From Bugula neritina (taxonomy: Eukaryota > Animalia > Bryozoa): a stretch of 64,000 nt of DNA. Every line of letters starts with the position of its first letter. Position 1 is the first letter of the stretch. This document shows positions 62,801 through 64,000 of the stretch, piece after piece. The stretch is from assembly GCA_964035545.1 (NCBI GenBank), contig OZ037772.1, positions 7,362,889 through 7,426,888 on the forward strand, given 5' to 3'. The translations under genes and the position numbers were made by a program. The notes under the pieces are model-generated. The model saw only the letters and a program-made list of their open reading frames with translations. It made no database searches and was not told the DNA's origin.

Positions 62801-64000
62801 TAGCTAAAAGCAGCACAAAGGTGAGGGTTATTGAATGCAATGTTTGTCTGAACTAATACTCCCCAAAACCATTCCACTTAGTGAGTTTCTTGAACTGTTA
62901 TATAAGTCGCTCCCAGTTGGGGGTGACTAGGTGCAGTAGTTTAGGGTTCTCGAGTTTTAATTAAAACCTTAAACTATTGCACTCAGTCACCCCAACTCGG
63001 AGCTGCTTATAAAACAATTGGATTTCTTCAGTGAAACACGCAATAGTCTAGAACCTAACAAGTTTGGAAAGATGAAGTATCACTTACCGGGTACACAGTC
63101 TATGCAGTTGCTAAGCATGGTGTTTCCTGTTGTGTTGAGATACGTGCCTTGAGGGCAGGCAGTCGGTGCAGTGGAGTTCTCAGGACAGTAGTAGCCTGTG
63201 GGGCATATGTCTCCAGTCACTCCGTCAGTAGGGGTGGAGTTGTAGGCACCCAGAGTACAGAAGTATCCTAAAACAGGGTCACTGAGGCTACAGAAATTAA
63301 AACTTTTGCATTTTCTATCAGTAATTTCTCCAACAATATTGTAAATGACAACAGTTAAACAAAAGAATATTTCTGCAGAAAGCAATTTCCAAAAATCTGC
63401 AGTAGATGAATGTTATCTGCAGAAGTGCACACTATACCTTGCTGACAAGGGCCGGTTGGCAAGGCAAGCCGCTGCCGCACACAGAAGTATCCGCCATCAC
63501 ACGGCAGCGGGGCGGAACTGCCTCCTGGACAGTACTCTCCGGCATCACAGAAACCGCCCTGAGATGCTGACGTTGGCATTGGCTGGACGGCAGCACCAGA
63601 ACAGTACCAGCCCTCGCTGTAACAGAAAGTATGCGGCGCTACAATACTGTAATTGTAGTTAGCTAGCTACTGTGCCTTTACAACACCAAGTTTAAGATCA
63701 AACATAGAACTGTTTTAAAAGTTGGTTGCAAATCATTCTGAGCTTCGAGATGAAAATTTTGTCTTTTGTGAGAAAAAAAAGAGAAATCCAGAGTTAACAG
63801 ATCGCTAAACACAAATATCAACAGTATTTCCTCCGTTAGTGAAAACTTATACACAAATTGTTGTCTACAAATTAAAAAAAAAACTTTTGCCTCTTCAAAG
63901 CAGCTTAGCAAATACTTGTATACAGTAACACACCTGCAGTTGGACGTAGGAGCAGAATTGCCCGCCCCTTGACAGTACATGCCCGGAGTACAATCCAGAC
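10608..64000 (-). CDS. Giant single-pass membrane protein with GCC2/GCC3 (Ephrin_rec_like)-type cysteine-rich repeats and cytoplasmic coiled coil; 5'-partial, about 77-79 exons in window
   Basis: Long series of minus-strand exons, phase-consistent wherever checked, e.g. 63934-64000, 63438-63616, 63088-63267, 62546-62757 ... 45173-45320, 35345-35507, 34948-35136 (TM) ... 12698-12863, 12183-12378, 11635-11804, 10608-10767 (stop TAA at 10608-10610). Exons 46281-64000 repeat CPxG[YH][YF]CPxG..P..CPxGT[YF]. TM segment WVLIALMCVAILLTVIVVIIALVLF is followed by KR. Exons at 14-28 kb are E/K/Q/R-rich and helical. Not every junction was verified. Confidence 0.85.
11293..11478 (+). mobile_element. tRNA-derived SINE copy (diverged)
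   Basis: GAGCAGTCGTGGTCTAGGGGTTA...GGGTTCAATACC...CATTGATGATGTTACGATGGGCATTCAGTCATAATT matches the other copies. Confidence 0.7.
16090..17118. repeat. 23-bp intronic minisatellite, about 44 copies
   Basis: Unit GATACTAACTA[C/T/A]ATGCTATACTA. Confidence 0.95.
19420..19612 (-). mobile_element. tRNA-derived SINE copy
   Basis: Reverse complement reads GTGGTCTAGTGGTTAGAGCACTGGCTTAGTAAACAGGAAGTC...TTGGTGATGTTAGGAAGAGCATCCAGTCATAATT. Confidence 0.8.
26050..26500 (-). mobile_element. 5'-truncated LINE (L2/CR1-like) 3' end
   Basis: Minus strand encodes ...GHRQVSYQMSSNWNKLPLTLRHHQSFATFKILLKKHLLKSLT*, the WNxLP..R...S...FK..LK.HL ORF2 tail typical of L2/CR1-clade elements, followed by a 3'UTR and an (AAAC)n tail at about 26050-26075. 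Confidence 0.7.
26684..26995. repeat. (AGT/AGC)n trinucleotide microsatellite filling an intron
   Basis: Lies between exons 27008-27181 and 26544-26654 of the giant gene. Confidence 0.95.
33603..33713. repeat. Intronic inverted repeat (about 45-bp arms), MITE-like hairpin
   Basis: Arm 33603-33647 TTTTGCATGTTTTATCCTAATTTTTTAGCAGATCTGGGTGTGCAG pairs with arm 33670-33713. Confidence 0.75.
34948..35136 (-). other. Transmembrane-helix exon of the giant gene
   Basis: YVKVMAPNAQCSEDGPFFPTTPRYVIQNGMSVEQDILQSPDWVLIALMCVAILLTVIVVIIAL; the next exon (33790-33997) begins VLFKRYGW (positive-inside rule). Confidence 0.8.
36650..39301 (+). CDS. Nested secreted peptide (neuropeptide-like) precursor, copy 1, 9 exons, about 289 aa
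   Basis: Exons 36650-36726 (alternative in-frame ATG at 36641), 37047/37050-37099 (NAGNAG acceptor), 37296-37390, 37589-37944, 38085-38163, 38504-38558, 38662-38725, 39089-39152, 39275-39301 (TAG); all GT-AG and phase-consistent (870 nt). Signal peptide MIFNLLFVGTLMIMCCA. Processed segments KR-AFGHLNLGPEPDWMVLLSEGR, EEKR-VFGSLREIRK, GEKR-VFGSFKELR, EEKR-VFGSLRQIR, separated by acidic spacers. AATAAA at 39664-39669. Confidence 0.82.
40375..40549 (-). mobile_element. tRNA-derived SINE copy in the 5' flank of nested copy 2
   Basis: Reverse complement contains B box GGGTTCGAGCC and the shared body; absent at the homologous position (about 35760) of duplication unit 1. Confidence 0.8.
41392..42624 (+). 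CDS. Nested peptide precursor, copy 2 (C-terminally truncated but open, 4 exons, about 182 aa)
   Basis: Exons 41392-41468, 41799-41851, 42016-42110, 42301-42624 (549 nt), homologous to copy 1 exons 1-4. Signal peptide MTFTLLFVGALMMSCWA; KR-AFGHLNLGPEPEWMKLLSDG; K-AVFGSLDQSR; EEKR-VFGSLKEIRK; EEKR-LFGLLRET*. The stop lies at the junction with a duplicated intron-1 segment. Confidence 0.7.
42871..43430 (+). pseudogene. Nested peptide precursor, copy 3 (partial: exons 2-3 intact, exon 4 degenerate)
   Basis: Exons 42871-42923 and 43076-43170 are nearly identical to copy 2. The exon-4 remnant from 43362 hits TAA at 43386-43388, then jumps at about 43435 to sequence homologous to the copy-1 3'UTR (39587 onward). 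It has no exon 1 of its own. Confidence 0.72.
51397..51458 (+). mobile_element. SINE 3' fragment
   Basis: TTAACAAAAACCTTTTCAATCAGATTTTTCTCACAGAGATAGTGACTATAAACTTGTGTGAG matches the 3' part of the copies at 2405 and 56611. Confidence 0.6.
55855..56330. repeat. Compound intronic minisatellite (about 20- and 33-bp units)
   Basis: Unit CTCAGACTATATCTACTGTATGCAGACTGTATA and shorter variants. Confidence 0.92.
56611..56822 (+). mobile_element. tRNA-derived SINE copy
   Basis: GGAGCAGCCGTGGTCTAAGGGTTAGAGC...CTAGTAAACAC...GGGTCCGAGCC...TTGGTGATGTTAGGAAGAGCATCCAGTCATAATT...TCTCACAGGGATGATGACTATAAAC. Confidence 0.82.
58225..58390. repeat. (GACT)n/(GACTAAT)n microsatellite next to a splice donor
   Basis: Degenerate tetranucleotide array ending at the ACTCAC donor at about 58387-58392. 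Confidence 0.85.
58903..59027. repeat. 35-bp tandem repeat (about 3.5 copies) spanning an exon/intron junction
   Basis: GACCCACCTTCTACTATCAGTTAGACTGCTACAGT starting at 58903, 58938, 58973, 59008. Confidence 0.9.
62896..63016. repeat. Intronic inverted repeat (about 52-bp arms), MITE-like hairpin
   Basis: Arm 62896-62948 TGTTATATAAGTCGCTCCCAGTTGGGGGTGACTAGGTGCAGTAGTTTAGGGTT pairs with arm 62965-63016. Confidence 0.78.

Larger units (their letters stand above)
46281..64000 (-). other. Cys-rich repeat ectodomain exons of the giant gene (about 32 exons)
   Basis: Repeated motifs such as GDICPTGYYCPENSTAPTACPQGTY, CPVGHYCPQSTPSNFTNPCPPGSY and CPAGMYCETVGLSAPTGNCSEGFWC; many N-x-S/T sequons. Confidence 0.85.

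Overview
Eukaryotic, AT-rich, intron-dense DNA from an invertebrate metazoan (lophotrochozoan-like; taxon not determinable from sequence alone). I spliced three protein-coding loci by eye. (1) A complete 12-exon minus-strand gene (9669->3434, 529 aa) encodes a secreted protein: signal peptide + NHL beta-propeller repeats + C-terminal fibrinogen-related domain. (2) The 3' ~53 kb (about 77-79 exons, 5' end outside the window) of a giant minus-strand single-pass membrane protein gene encodes a long GCC2/GCC3 (Ephrin_rec_like)-type Cys-rich ectodomain, one TM helix, cytoplasmic [DH]PxTG repeats, a long coiled coil and a globular C-terminal domain. (3) Nested antisense inside one 9.7-kb intron of gene 2 (35508-45172) is a tandem array of an unrecognised secreted peptide-precursor gene with signal peptide, acidic spacers and repeated KR-[VAL]FG[SH][LF] peptides. 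It has one full 9-exon copy, one truncated but open 4-exon copy and one degenerate partial copy. The nested array is the most notable feature. Also present: a tRNA-Thr-derived SINE family, an L2/CR1-type LINE 3' end, mini/microsatellites (several copying splice junctions), hairpins, candidate microexons and a GC-AG intron. All gene models are manual and lack transcript support.
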